Made by a program: the position numbers and the translations under genes. DNA of 64,000 nt from Lama guanicoe (Eukaryota), in the NCBI GenBank assembly GCA_013239625.1, contig MU053994.1:2795589-2859588 (forward strand), read 5' to 3'. Of this stretch, positions 13,900 to 27,019 are shown piece by piece (position 1 is the first letter of the stretch; the number at the start of each line of letters is the position of its first letter). The notes under the pieces are model-generated. The model searched no databases, was not told the origin of the DNA, and saw nothing but the letters and a program-made list of their open reading frames with translations.

Positions 13900-16490
13900 T
13901 CAGGTCAGGAATAAGACAAGAATGCCTGCTCTTACCACTTCCATTCAACACTGTACTGGAGGTTCTAGCCAGGAAGATTAGGCAAGAAAAAGAAAAGCCA
14001 TCTAGATGGGGAAGAAAAAAGTAAAAATATCTCTGTTTGCAGATGACATGATCTTATAAATAGAAAATCCTCAGATATCCATTAAAAAACTATTAGAACT
14101 AATAGTTCAACAAGACTGCAGGATACAAGATCAATAAACAAAAATCAATTGTATGTCTGTACACTAGCAATAAACACTCTGAAAATAAAATAAACAATTC
14201 CATTTATAATAGCATCAAAAATAAATTTTTTTATGTTTAAAAATAAATTTAACAAAAGAAATGCAAAACTTACACACTGAAAATTACAAAACATTGTGAA
14301 AGATTAAAGATTTAAATAAATGAGAACTTATCGCATGTTTATGGGTCAGACAGTAATACTCTCCAAAGTGATCTACAGATCCAGTGCAATACCTATCAAA
14401 ATCCCAGCTTGTGTTCTTGCAGTAATTGACAAACTAATCCTAAAATTCATATGGAAATGCAAGAGACCCACAATAGCCAAACAATCTTGAAAAAGAAGAA
14501 CAAAGTTGGAAGACATACTTCCTGATCTCAAAACTTACTACAAAATACCATAATCAACACAGTGTGGCACTAGCATAAAGACAGAAATATAGATCAATGC
14601 AAAAGGATTGAGAGTCCAGAAATAAACCCATTCACTTACAGTCAAATGATTTTCAACAAGGGTGCCAAGGGCTGTTTTTTAATGGGAAATGAAGAGTCTT
14701 TTTAAGGAATAGTGCTGGACAACTAGATATCCACTTGCAAAAGAGTAACATTGAGCCCTTACTTCACACCATACACAAAAAAATAATTCCAAATGGATTA
14801 AAGACCTAAACATAAGAGTTGAATCTATAAAACACTTAGAAGAAAATATCAGAGTAAATCTTCATGACCTTGGGTTAGGCAATGGATTCTTAGATACAAC
14901 ATCAAAAGCATAAGCCATAAAAGAAAAAACAGATAAATTTGACTACATCAACATTAAAATCTTTTGTGCTGCAAACAATACTATCGAGAAAGTAAGAAGA
15001 CAAAGGATAGGAGGAGATTTTGTAAATTATATATTTAAGAAGGGACTTACACCCAGAATATGTTTTTAAACAACACTTAAAACTCAATAATAAAAAAGAC
15101 AACCCAATCTAAAAATGGGCAGAGGGTCTGAATAGAAATTTCTCAAAAGATGTACCCATGCCGGTAAAAATGTGAAAAGATATCTCAATAAAATTGGGGG
15201 AGAAAAGAATGTGAAAAGATGCTCAATATCATTAGCTATTAGGAAAACGCAAATCAAAACCACAATGAGATATCACTTTTCACCCAATAGGATAGCTATA
15301 ATCAAAAATACATATGGTAGTAAGTGTTGATGAAGATGTGGAGAAATTGAGATCCTTATACATTGCTGGTGGGAATGTAAAATGGTGCAGCTGCTTTGGA
15401 AAACAGTTTGGTAGTTCCTCAAAATGTTAAACATAGAGTTAACACATGATCTAGCAATTCCACTCCTAGATATATCCCCAAGAGAAATCAAAACACACAC
15501 CCACACAAAAACCTGTATGTGAATGTTCACTGTGACATCATTCATAATAGCCAAGAAGTGGAAACAACCCTGTGTTAGTTTCCTAAGGGGGCAATAACAA
15601 ATCACCACAAAACTGGGTGGCTTAAAACAACAGAGATTTATTCTCTCACAGTTCTGGCAGCCAGAAAACTGAAATCAAAGTGCTGGTAGGACCGTGTTCC
15701 CTCTGAAGTTTCTGGGGGAGAATCCTTCCCTGTCTCTTCCAGCTTTCGGTGGCTCCAGGGTTTCCTTGGCTGACTGTGGCTGCATCAATCCAATCTCTGC
15801 CTGATCTTTACATGTCTTCTCCTTCTTTCTCTCTCTCTATGACCCTCTTACATGATGACATTGGTCATTGGATTTAGGGCCCACTAGGATGACCTCATCT
15901 TGAGATCCCTAACTTAATTGCATCTGCAAAGAACCTTTTTCCAAATAAGGTCACATTCACAGGTTTCAGGGCTTAAGGGATGGACATACCTTTTTGGTGG
16001 CCACCACTCAATGCATCACACATCCAAAGGTCTATCAACTGATGAATAAACAAAATATGGTTCATCCATATTTTTTGGTAACAAATATTACCAGAATTAT
16101 TTGGTATTAAAATTATTTGGTAATCATTATTGGTAACAAAAGTACTGACACACGCTACAACATGGATAAACCTTGAAAACATTATACTAAGGGAAAGAAG
16201 CCAAAGGCTACATGTTATGCAATTCCATTTATATGAAATGTCCAGAATAGGCAAATCAATAGAAACAGAAAGTAGATCAGTGGTTGCCTAGGGTTGTAGG
16301 AGCCTTAGGCGGAATGGGGACTGACTGCTAATGGGTATAGGATTTCTTTTTGGCATAATGAAAACGTTCTAAAATTTTATTATGGTAATAACTGCACAAC
16401 TCTGTGAATACACTGAAAACCACTGAATTGTGCACTTTAAACGGGTGAATTGTATGGTATATGAATTATATCTCCATGAAACTGTTAGAA
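13900..16490 (+). mobile_element. L1MB-type ORF2 (RT to C-terminus) and 3' end
   Basis: RT motif 'ctgtttgcagatgacatgatc' (LFADDMI); L1MB-type 3' end 'gaaatgtccagaataggcaaatc...gtagatcagtggttgcctaggg'. Confidence 0.85.
15571..16020 (-). mobile_element. MLT1C-like MaLR LTR nested in L1MB
   Basis: 'tgtgttagtttcctaagg...aactgggtggcttaaaacaacaga...tttccaaataaggtcacattcacagg'. Confidence 0.8.
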
Positions 16491-17699
16491 GTGAGGAATT
16501 AAAAATGAATAATGAATGTAATGAATTGAAATACATCAAATATGCTAAAATCCATAGGCTCGTAATGATTTTTTTAAAAAGCTCTTTGGTCATCTTCAGA
16601 CAATATTGGTGAATAAAGGGAAGGAGTTAAGCACTTACTCTGCTTTTCTTATATGAACTGTATACTTCAGAGTATCCAAATAGTTGATAAAAGAAAGTTT
16701 GCTCTAACAGAAAAATTCCTACTAACAAAAGTAGAGGAAATGACAGAATTAGAATCTCATAAACTTGTAAGCCCTAATGAAATAATGAATCAAGGCAATA
16801 TTTTGCATCAGGTGAAAGGCTGATGGAAACTGTAAAAGTGGGACTAATAGCACCTGAATCCAATGATTAATCTTAGCATCACTAAAAATGGGACAGCCAG
16901 ACATTATGGGCTTCCTGATGTGATGTGATAAGAAGTACACAGTACCACTTACGAAGTATTCTTGCCAATAAAATCAAACCTGAATTTGATCAAGCCTCTA
17001 AACCTAACTGCCAACTTATAGGAAATATAAGGTTTAAAGGAACATATTAAAGGACACTGGAGAGACAAATACAATCAGCCTAATACTGACTATGGGAAAT
17101 TTACCAGGGCAATTGCGTCGATTTTTTTTTTCTGCAAACAAATAGCAAGAATATAAGAAGGGAGGGATAACCTGTAAAAAAAGACTTAAGAGATATATTA
17201 ACCACATGCAATGAGGGACCTTGTCTGGTTCCCCATTTGAAGAAACCAACCATTAAAAAAGTAACTATGAGATAATGTGCAAGATTTAAAACATTGACTG
17301 GATAGGAATGATATTAAAAATTTGTCAGTATTTTTTAGTTGCGATAATGGTTACGTTTGAAAAAAAGAGTTTTTATCTTTTAGAGATACTAAATATTTAC
17401 AAATGAGAAGATATAATGTCTGGGATTGCCTTTAAGATAATCTCAAGGTGCAGTAAGAAAAGTAACTGAGAATATAGATGAAACAAGATTGATCATCTGC
17501 CCATAAGTGTTGAAACCACATGATAGCTACATGGTGATTCATATACTGTACAACTAGTCTGTATGTTTGGAAATGTTCCAGAGTAAAAAGCTTTTTACAA
17601 AATGTTCTTTGGAACATTGAGTTGCGCCTTGAGTATGTTTTTCCATGTAAATCGGTATGTTTTCGCCCAGTAAAGTTTATGAGAATTCCCTTTTGTCTA

Positions 17700-17945
17700 A
17701 TCTAACTAAAGTAGATCATTGGAGGGCAGAGAGGCATGCTTTGAAATCAAGCCTGGTTTGAGTTCCGGCACCATGATTCACTAACTTTATCAGATACTTA
17801 AACTTTATGAAGCTCAATTTCTTCATTAGTCAAACAGGCATCATAAAAACATCTCCTCTCTCCTGGGGTTGTTTGGGGGGATTAAACGAGATATAGAATT
17901 CAAAGCACTTGGCACAGTGCCTGGCAGTGCTCCATAAATATTCGG
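17700..17945 (+). mobile_element. MIR SINE
   Basis: 'aagcctggtttgagttccggcacc...ctcaatttcttcattagtcaaacagg...gcacttggcacagtgcctggca'. Confidence 0.65.
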
Positions 17946-17959
17946 GGCAGCTCACTCTT

Positions 17960-18392
17960 AACTGTTTCAGCTATCTGTTGTGGGTTCCCTTGGCCCAGTT
18001 GGGTCTTCTTCCATTCTGTCTGCTGTCGGCTGGGATAGTAGTCTGGTGGTTGAACTGGGCTGGAACAACCAAGATGGCTCACACAGATGGCAGGCCGTTG
18101 ATGCCAGCTGTCGGCCGAGAGCTCAGCCAGGGCTGTCGTCCACACTACCTACACATGGCCTCTCCGTGACACTCGGCCTTCTCACTTCGTGGTAGCTAGC
18201 TTCGGAGAGGAAGTGCCCAAGAGCAAAGTGGAAGCTGCCAGTTCTCAGGGTCTGCAGTTGGCACAGTGTCACTTCTGCCACATTCTATTGGTGACCGAAT
18301 GACAAGCCCTGTTACAATGGGAGGGGAAATAAACTCGACCTCTTAATGCAGAAAGGGGCAAAGAATTTGTAGCCCTCATTAATCCACCACAA
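17960..18392 (-). mobile_element. MLT1J/H-like MaLR LTR
   Basis: 'gcacagtgtcacttctgccacattctattgg...ttaatccaccaca' antisense MLT1 pattern. Confidence 0.65.
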
Positions 18393-18460
18393 ACAATGCT
18401 TCTGTTTCCTCAGGACTTGGTCCACAGATAAAGATAGATTCAAAGAATCACACCAAAAAA

Positions 18461-18640
18461 GATAAACAACAAGGTCCTACTGTATAGCACAGGGAACTAT
18501 ATTCAGTGTCTTGTAATAACTTCTAATGGAAGAGAATATGAAAAGGAACATATATATGTGTATAATTGAATCACTTTGCTGTACACCAGAAATTAACACA
18601 ACATTGTAAATTGACTATACTCCAGTTTAAAAAACAAATT
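18461..18640 (+). mobile_element. Short lineage-type L1 3' tail
   Basis: 'gataaacaacaaggtcctactgtatagcacagggaactatattcag...gaatcactttgctgtacaccagaaa' plus A tail. Confidence 0.85.
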
Positions 18641-19889
18641 TTTTTTTTAAGTACTCAGTATACGTCTCTGGAAGGTGATCACCTTGGACCACGCAGGCTG
18701 ACGTCTTTCCTGTCGCTCGGCTGGCTAAGCCAGGGCCTGGGGAATCGGAGAGGGTTAGGCAGCCGTCACTAGCCCCTCACCCATGAGAGGAGAAACCAGG
18801 GCAGGATTAAGTCTTCACTGCAGAAACACCTTGGCATGAGTCAGTGGCTCTCAAAAATAATTTATGAGACCAAATTAGGTCATCTATTTTTAATTTTTGT
18901 GGTTATTAATTTGACAAATTGTAATTCAATACGGTTCTCACATGCAATAATTCTTGAGACTTGAGGAACCATTAGTATTCCCTTCCAAGGTATTATTTCC
19001 TTAATTCTTTCGTTTTAAGGCATAAGACATATGTTTCCTTCTCTTATCCTGTAACCAACAATTGCTGACTCTCACATTTTCTCTGACATTACCTAAAACA
19101 CTGTCCAGGAGAGGGGTGTGTTTGTTTGTTTTTGTTTACTGTGCAGTACACAAACACCAAGTTTGGGTAAGAAATATTTCCTAGAGCTAAAAAATGCAAA
19201 CTTAGGGACAAGCTTGGGCAATGGGAGTTTTACATAACCACAGAGCTTTGCTTCTAATTGGAACATCTACAGTAAACACATGATTGATAAAGACACCCAG
19301 TCGCCTCTATAAACAAGGAAGTGGGGAATCCAGCCATGCTGAACACTGTGTTTATTTTCCACTGAAAGAGGATGTAAACTGCTAATCATAGGCATGCCAC
19401 AGTTTAATTTCTACACAACAAGACCCCTTCCTGGCTTCCTATAAAGCAAAAAAAAAAAAATGATGGCAGTTTTGCCCACTAAATTTCTTTGTGCAGAATT
19501 TGTAAATTGTTATTAATTTTGACATAGCTTATCAAAAAAAAAAAGCCAAAGGCCTTTAAAAAAAACTTAGGTGCTTCTAAGCTAGGTTTCATTTTGCCGT
19601 TGAAAGATCCCAGCTGACAGTTGTGATATCAACATATGAAGAAGGAAATAAACACGGGCTCTTTGACCATGATCTGGAAGTTATGTCAGAGGAGTCTGGC
19701 ATTTTATCAATTGGTCATAAAGCAAATATGGGAGTTGAAGGGGGTGGAGGGGGTGGAACAGTCACATATTTCTGGCCCTTTCTGAAATTCTGAGCACATC
19801 AGAGCGTACAGCTGGAGGCTGGAGATCACCGTGATGACGCACAAGTGTGTGAAAGCATTTCCTTGGAAACGAACTGTCCTTGTCGAAGC

Positions 19890-22800
19890 TAAGACCCTTG
19901 TTGACATATTTGAGATTTCTGACTTGTTTGAGACTCTTTCTGACTTATTTAAGCCCTTCCTGACTCGCAGATTCTGTCTAATGAATTAGATACCCTTCTT
20001 AATTTGTATGGGACCCTTCCTAACTTGTTCGAGACTCTTCCTGACATGAGACCATCCCTAACTTGTTTCAGACTTAGCTTTTCATGTGAGAGACGCTTCC
20101 TGATATATTTGAGATAGTTCCTGACTTGACTGAGATACCTCCTGATGGATCTGAGATCCATTCTGAGGTTCTGAGGTGTATAAGACTGGTCCTGAGGACT
20201 CTGACACATTTGAGACAAATGTGTCATATCTGAGACTCTTCCTGTCTGTCTGAGATCCTTCCAGACATACTTAAAACTCTGACAACTTGGAGACCCATTC
20301 TAACTTGTTTGAGACTCTTCCAGACTTGTTTGAGAACTTTCCCGGCATGTTTAAGACCATTCCTGATATATTGAGAGTATTTCTGTCTGTCTGACACTCA
20401 TTTATATATTTAAAATTCCTCTGGACTATTTTAGACAATTTCTAACTCATTTGAGATGACTCTAGCCATGTTTGAGACCCCACCTGCCATATTTCAGACC
20501 CTCCTAACATGTCTGAGACCCTTCATGACTCATTTGACAGCTGTCCTCACTGTGTGAGAAACTTCTCGGTTGGGACCATTCCTAAGTTGTTTGAGACCCT
20601 GCCGGATCTATTTGAGAAACTTCCTGATGTAGTTAAGCCTCTTCCTGACATGTTTCAGACCCTTCGCTGCTTGTTGGAGACTTCCTGATATTTTAGAGAA
20701 CTAGGTTGACAAAATTTGAAACTCTCTGTTTGTGACCCTTCCAAAAATATTTGAGACCCTTCTCGACTTGCTGAGACTCTTCCTGACTGAGACCCTTCCT
20801 GAGGTAATGAAAACACTTCCTGAGATCTTCCTGCCATGTTTGAGACTGTTCCTGGCTTGTCTGAGAACATTCATGACACGTCTGAGAACTTTGCACATAT
20901 CTGACCCCTACTTGACTTGGTTGAAACTGTTTCTGACTGTTTGAATTTCTTCTTGGTATCTTTGACACACTTCTTGAGGTGTTAGAGATACTGACTGCTG
21001 TAATTAATCCCTTCTCATATGTTTGAGACCCTTTATGATCAATCTGAGATCCTTCCTGATAAATATTTGAGATTTGTGCTGACAAATTTGAAACTTTTCT
21101 GACTTGTTTGAGATTGTACCTGAAGGATTTGAGACTCTTTCTGTCTCTTTGAGATCCTTCCTGACTAATTTCAGATGTTCCCTGACATGTGAGACCCTTC
21201 TTGACTTGTTTGAAATCATTTCTGACACGTTTGAGACCCTCTCTAACTTGCTGAGACCCTTCCTGACCACGTTAAGACTGTTCCTGACTTGTTTTGAGAC
21301 ACTGACATATTTGAGCCCCTTCCAAATATGTTTGAAACTCTTCTTGACTGTTTGAGCCACTTCCTATCATGCTTGAGACCCTTGCTGATGTATCTGAACA
21401 ATTTCTGCATGGTTGGGACCTTTTATGACACACTTGAGACACTTACAGCCTTGTTTGGAACACTTCCTAACCTACTTAAGACTTCTCCTGATGTCTTGAA
21501 AGACTTCTTGATTTATTTTAAACCCTTGCTAACATATTTGACTTGATGAAAATTCTTTTGGACATTTTCGAGACTCTGTCTCTTTGAGACTGGTCTGGAT
21601 ATTTTATACTCTGCCTGAGAAAGTTGAGACTCTCCTGGATAAATTTAAGACCTTTGCCTCATTGTTTGAGACTCTTCCTGATGTATTTGAAAACCTTTCT
21701 GACTTGTTTGAAACTCTTCCTGAGCTGTTTGAGACTGTTCCCGAATTATCTGAGACTCTTCCTGGTTCTGAGACCCTTACTGATGTATGTAAAACTCTTC
21801 CTGATTACTTTCAGACATTGACTTTTGGGGAGACACCTTCTGACGTATTTGAGACCCTGCCTGCCTGTCTGAGAAACTCTCTCACCAGTTTGTGGCCCTA
21901 TTTGATATTCTTGAGACCCTTTCTGACTGTTGGGGACTCCTTCTGATGACTTTGGCACCCTTCTTGGCTTGTTTCACAGCCTTTCTGACCCTTGGAAAGC
22001 CTCCCAGACATGTATGAGACCCTTCCTGACTAGCTGAAATCCTTCCTGAGGTATGAGAATTTTCCTGACATATTTAAGGCTATTACTAACCTGTTTGAGA
22101 CTTCTCCTGATATATTTGAGCCCTCCTCTCAGTTTGAGATGTTTTCTGACATATTTAAAGCCCTTCCTATTTGACACTGTCCAGACATGTCTGAGACTGA
22201 CGTATCTGAGACCCTTCCTAATGGATTTGAAACATGTTTGAGAACATTCTTGCGTTGTTTGAGCACTTTAGTGATGTGTTTGAACCATTCCTGTATGGTT
22301 GAGACCCTGGCTGAGATACTGGAGGCATTTCCAGCCTTATTTGAAATCCTGCCTAACATATTTGAGACTCTTCTCAAAGTATTGAGAGACTTCTTGATGT
22401 ATTTCAACTCCTTCCCGAGATACCTGAAACTCATCTTGACTCATTTGAGACCCTTCCTGACAATTTTTAAATCCTAATTGTTGAAGACTCTCCCTGACAT
22501 ACTTGAAATCCATTTTGACATGCTTGCAAATCTTCCTCTCTGTTTACAACACTTCCTCACATGTTCGACACCACTGCTGAAGTATTTGAGATTCTTCCTG
22601 TCTCTGAGACCCTTCCTGGTGAATGTAAAACTCTTTCTGACTACCTTCATGTGGTCTCTTCTTGTCGGTTTAAGACACTCCCTCACAAGTTTGAGGCTCT
22701 ACCTCACTACCTTACTACTGTGTAACCCTTCCTGACCAGATGAGACCTTTCTTGTTTTGTTCGCCAGCATTTCTGACAGATTGAGATGCTAACTGACTTG

Positions 22801-25800
22801 TTTAACAAATTATTCCTGATGACTTTGAGAGCCTTCCAGACTTGAGGAGATTCCTGATGTATTTGAGACTCTCTCCCTCTGTTTGTAATGCTTCCTAATA
22901 TGTTCGCTTCTCTACCTGATGTATTAGGTTACTCCTGACATACTTAAGACTCCTCCTAATCGTGACCACTTCTGATCTGGTGTCACCCTCTGTTATACCT
23001 GAGACTTCCTTTGAGACCCTTACTTACCTATAACTCTTCTTAACTACTTTGAGACTGTTCCTGACTTGTTTGAGATGTTTCACGTGTTTGAGAATTTTCC
23101 TCTCTGTTCTAGAAACTTCCTGACAAGTTCAAGACCCTTCCTCACATGTTTGCGATTCCTCCTCATGTGTTCGAGACCTTCCCTGCCATATCTGAGAATC
23201 TTCCTCATGTACTTAAGACTCTTCTGGATATGTTTGGGAGCCTTCATGGCTTCTTTGAGACGCCAGTATACTTGAGACCTTTTCTGACATATTTGAAATG
23301 GTTTTCACTTGTTTGAGTCCCTTACTGAAATGTCTGAGACCGTTCAGGCTTATTTGAGATTCTTCTTTCTGTTTAAGACCCTTAGAAACAAGTTTAAAGT
23401 ATTTCCTGACATCTTTGAGCTCCTTCCAATCAGGTTTGAGATGATTTGCAACGTATTTCAGATGCTTCCTCTCTTTGTAACACTTCCCATTGTGTTTGAG
23501 ACTCTTCCTGACTGTGATTTTTCCTGACATGTCTACAACTCTTCCAAAAATTTTTGAGACTCCTCCTGATGATTTTGAGGACCTACCCAATATATTTGAA
23601 AGCCACCCTTTCTGACCTGCAAAAGACTCTGCTGAATTGTTTGAGACCCTTTCTGACATGTGTGAAGCCATTCCTAGAGTATGTGAGACTTTTCCTGTCT
23701 GTTTGAGACCCACTGTGACTTGTTGGAGACACTTCATGATATGTGTGAGACTACTTTGAAAACTCTAATTTTTTTAAGATGACTCTGGACGTATTTGAGA
23801 CATTTCCTCTCTGTGACCCTTTGTGACTTTTTTGAGACACTTTCTAACATATCTGACACCCTCTTACTGTATTTGAGATTATTCCTGACTGTTCCTGCCT
23901 GTCGGAGACCCTCAGAGATACATCTGCACCTTCCTAATGAATTTGAGACCCTTCCTGGCAAGGTTGAGATGCTCCCTGACTTGCATGAGACACTTCCTGA
24001 TTTTTTGACACATCCTAAAATATTTAAAGCCTTTTCTGTCTGGCTTGCAACTCTTCCTGGCTGTTTGAGATAATTCCTGATGTATTAACTATTCTTCTGA
24101 TGTATCTGAGACATTCCTTGAATTTGAGACTGTTTTTGACATCTTTGAGATTCTTCCTGTCTCTTTGAGACCATTCCTAATGGATCTGAGAATCTTCTGT
24201 ACTTAGATTCTTCCTCCCATGTTTAAGACCCTTTAGAAGGTGTGTGAGACTCATCCTTCCATGTAGGAGACCTTTTCTGACTTGGTTGGCATGCTTCCCA
24301 ACTCACTTGAGTCCTGTACTGAAATGTTTAAGACCCTTCCAGAAGTATTTAAGACTCTTACTGACCCTTACTGACAAATGTAATGCTCTTCCTGACTACT
24401 GTGAGATCCTTCCAGTCTGGTTTGAGAGGATTCATGATATATTTCAGATCCTGCTTCTCTTGGGAACACTTCTCATCAAGTTCGAGACACATTTTGCCGT
24501 TTTTGAGACTCTTCGTGATGATAGAGAGGCACCTCCCACCACCACCACCATCACTGATGTATTTGAAGCCCTTTCTGACATGCATGACCCATCTTGATGT
24601 ACTTGGGACTCTCCCTTCCTGACAGGTATATGACCATTCCTGAAGTATTTGAGACTCTTCCTCTCTGAGACATGTCCTGGTTAGTTGGAGATGCTTCCTG
24701 GCATGTTTGAGACTATTCCTGATATGTTTGAGACCATTCCTGACACACTCACTATTCTTTCTGATATAGTTGAAAATCTTGGTATCTTTGAGACATTTCC
24801 TGACTGTTTGAGACCATTCTTGACATATTTGAGACTTCCTGTCCCTTTGTAAGCATTCCTGGCAGATTTGAGAATGTTCCTTTTCTATTTGAGACTCTTC
24901 CTGACACACTGGAGGTTCTTCATATCATTTTGAAACTCTTCATGACATTTATGAAATCTTTTCTAACTTGCTTGAGACTCTTCCCAACTTGTTTGAGAAT
25001 CTTCCATAAATGTTAAGACTCCAAATGAATTTGAGACACTTTCTTTGGTTCAGTAAACCTTACTGACTTATTTATGGCTCATCTTTATTACCTTGAGAAC
25101 ATTCCTCACTTACTTGAGATCATTCCTTATGTATTTGATACTCATTCTCTCTGTTCTGGACCATTCCTGAGACATTTAAGACCCTTCTGTCATGTCTGAG
25201 ACTCTTCCTTCACATATTTTAGAACCTTCCTGACATATTTAAATCCATTTCTGGCATGTTTTAGAGCATCCATGACTTTTTCAAGACTCTTCCTGGTATA
25301 TCAGGAACTTTTTAAAACTTACTTGAAATCTTTCCTTCTCAACTTACTTGAAACCTTTCCTGACAAGTTTGAGACTCTTCTGGAGGCATTTAGATCCTTT
25401 TTCTCTCTGCCTGAGAACTTTACTTGTTTGACTTGTTTGAGATGATTCCTGATGCATATGAGACCTTTCCTCTCTGCTTGCTACACTTCTAACATGTTTG
25501 AGAAATTTCCTGACATGTATGCTACTCTTGATGATGTATTTGAGATTCTTCCTAGTTTATTTGAGACCCTTTCTAATAGTTTGAGACTCTTCCTGATATG
25601 TTGATACTCTGGGTGTATCAGAGACACTCCATTTCTGTTTGAGACTCTTACAGACTTATTCATAACCCTTCCTTACTACTTTGAGAAACTTACAGATCAG
25701 TTTGTATATGAAACTCTTCCTCTCTATCCTGGATATTTCCTGACAAGCTCGAGTCCTTTCCTATTGAGTCCTATTCCTATCTGAGACCCTTCTTGATGTA

Positions 25801-26954
25801 TTTGAGACTTTTATAGTTTATTTGAGAAATTTCCCTATGCATTTAACACCCTTGCTAGCAGATTTGAACGCTTTTTTGAGACTCTTTGCAGCATATCAGT
25901 GACCTTTTCTGACTTCCTTGAGACACTTCCCTACTTGTTTATGTACTTTACTGACAAATTTAAAGCTCTTCCTTACTACTTTAAGAACATTCCAGTCTTC
26001 TTTGAGAGGATTTGTGATGTATTTCAGATCCTTTCTATCACTTTGTGACACTTCTTATCATGTTTGAAATATATCCTGACATGATGAAACTCTTCATGAC
26101 CATTTGAGCTTTGCCTGCCATGTTGGAAACCCTTAGAGAGTTGAGGCTCTTCCTGAATGTTTGAGACTCTTTCTCATCTGCCTGAGACTCTTCATGATTT
26201 GCATGAGACCCTTCCTGACATATTTGAGATCTGTATTTATGTATTTGAGGCTCTTCCTGACAAATTTGAGACTTCTTGACATATCTGTAACCTTTCTCAA
26301 CTATTGGAGATGGTTTCTTTCAGTTTGAGACTCTTTCTGACGGATTTGAGACCCTTCCTAATGTATAAGACTCTTCTTAATTTGCTTGCTTGTTTAGGAT
26401 CATTAGAGATATACTTTAAACTCTGCCTGACAAATTTCAAACTCTTCCTTACCAGTGTCAGACCCTTCTTGTCTTGTTTGAGTTTCCTCCTGTGCTGGAT
26501 ATTCCTCCTGACTATTTGAGCCTCTTCCTGCCTGGGTAAGATGACTCCTGATATATTTAAGACCCTACCCAACTTATCACTACCTTGTGTAACTATTTGA
26601 GACCGTTGCTCGTATTTTTGAGACTCTTGATCACTTTTTGAGACCCTTCTTAACAGATGTGACACCCTTCTTGATCATATGACTTTCCTTTTGGTTTGAG
26701 ACCCTTTGTTATGTATTTAAGATATTCATCTTGGTTTGGAGCCCTTACTTACATATTTTGAAATCTTCCTGACTACCTTGAGACCATTACTGATTTGTTT
26801 GAGATTATTTCTGATGTGTTTGAGATCATTCCTCTCTCTTTGAGAGCATTTACAATAAATTTTCGATACCTCCTGATGTATTCAAACACTTCCTATATGG
26901 CTGAGACTCCTTGTTTTATCTATGACCCTTCCTGAGGTAATTGAAACTCTTCCT
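19890..26954. repeat. Degenerate ~21-bp tandem array (consensus ~TTTGAGACCCTTCCTGACWTG), ~7 kb
   Basis: Recurrent TTTGAGAC...TTCCTGA; exact 21-bp spacing of unit starts at 21665, 21686, 21707, 21728, 21749; 7-aa periodicity in ORF track (FETLPD, SGRVSN, VRKGLK). Confidence 0.95.
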
Positions 26955-27019
26955 TACCCTATAACCCAGCAATTCCACTCCTAGTTATATACTCCATGAG
27001 AAGTAAAAACCAATGTTCA

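Larger units (their letters stand above)
12050..17600 (+). mobile_element. Ancient L1MC-type 3'UTR acting as host for nested L1s and an LTR
   Basis: L1MC-type UTR pieces at 12050-12393, 13151-13900 and 16490-17600 resume after each nested insertion. Confidence 0.6.

Noticed and set aside
23213..24909. 174-aa and 183-aa ORFs as genes
   Set aside because: They are translations of the stop-poor repeat that change motif at frameshifting units; no gene structure.
19890..26954. Array as a CRISPR-like locus
   Set aside because: Mammalian context, no unique spacers between conserved repeats, and no cas genes.
19890..26954. Resemblance of the unit (TGAGACCCT) to miR-125/lin-4
   Set aside because: The miR-125 seed needs CCCTGAG and the array has TTTGAG/TCTGAG; no precursor hairpin is evident.
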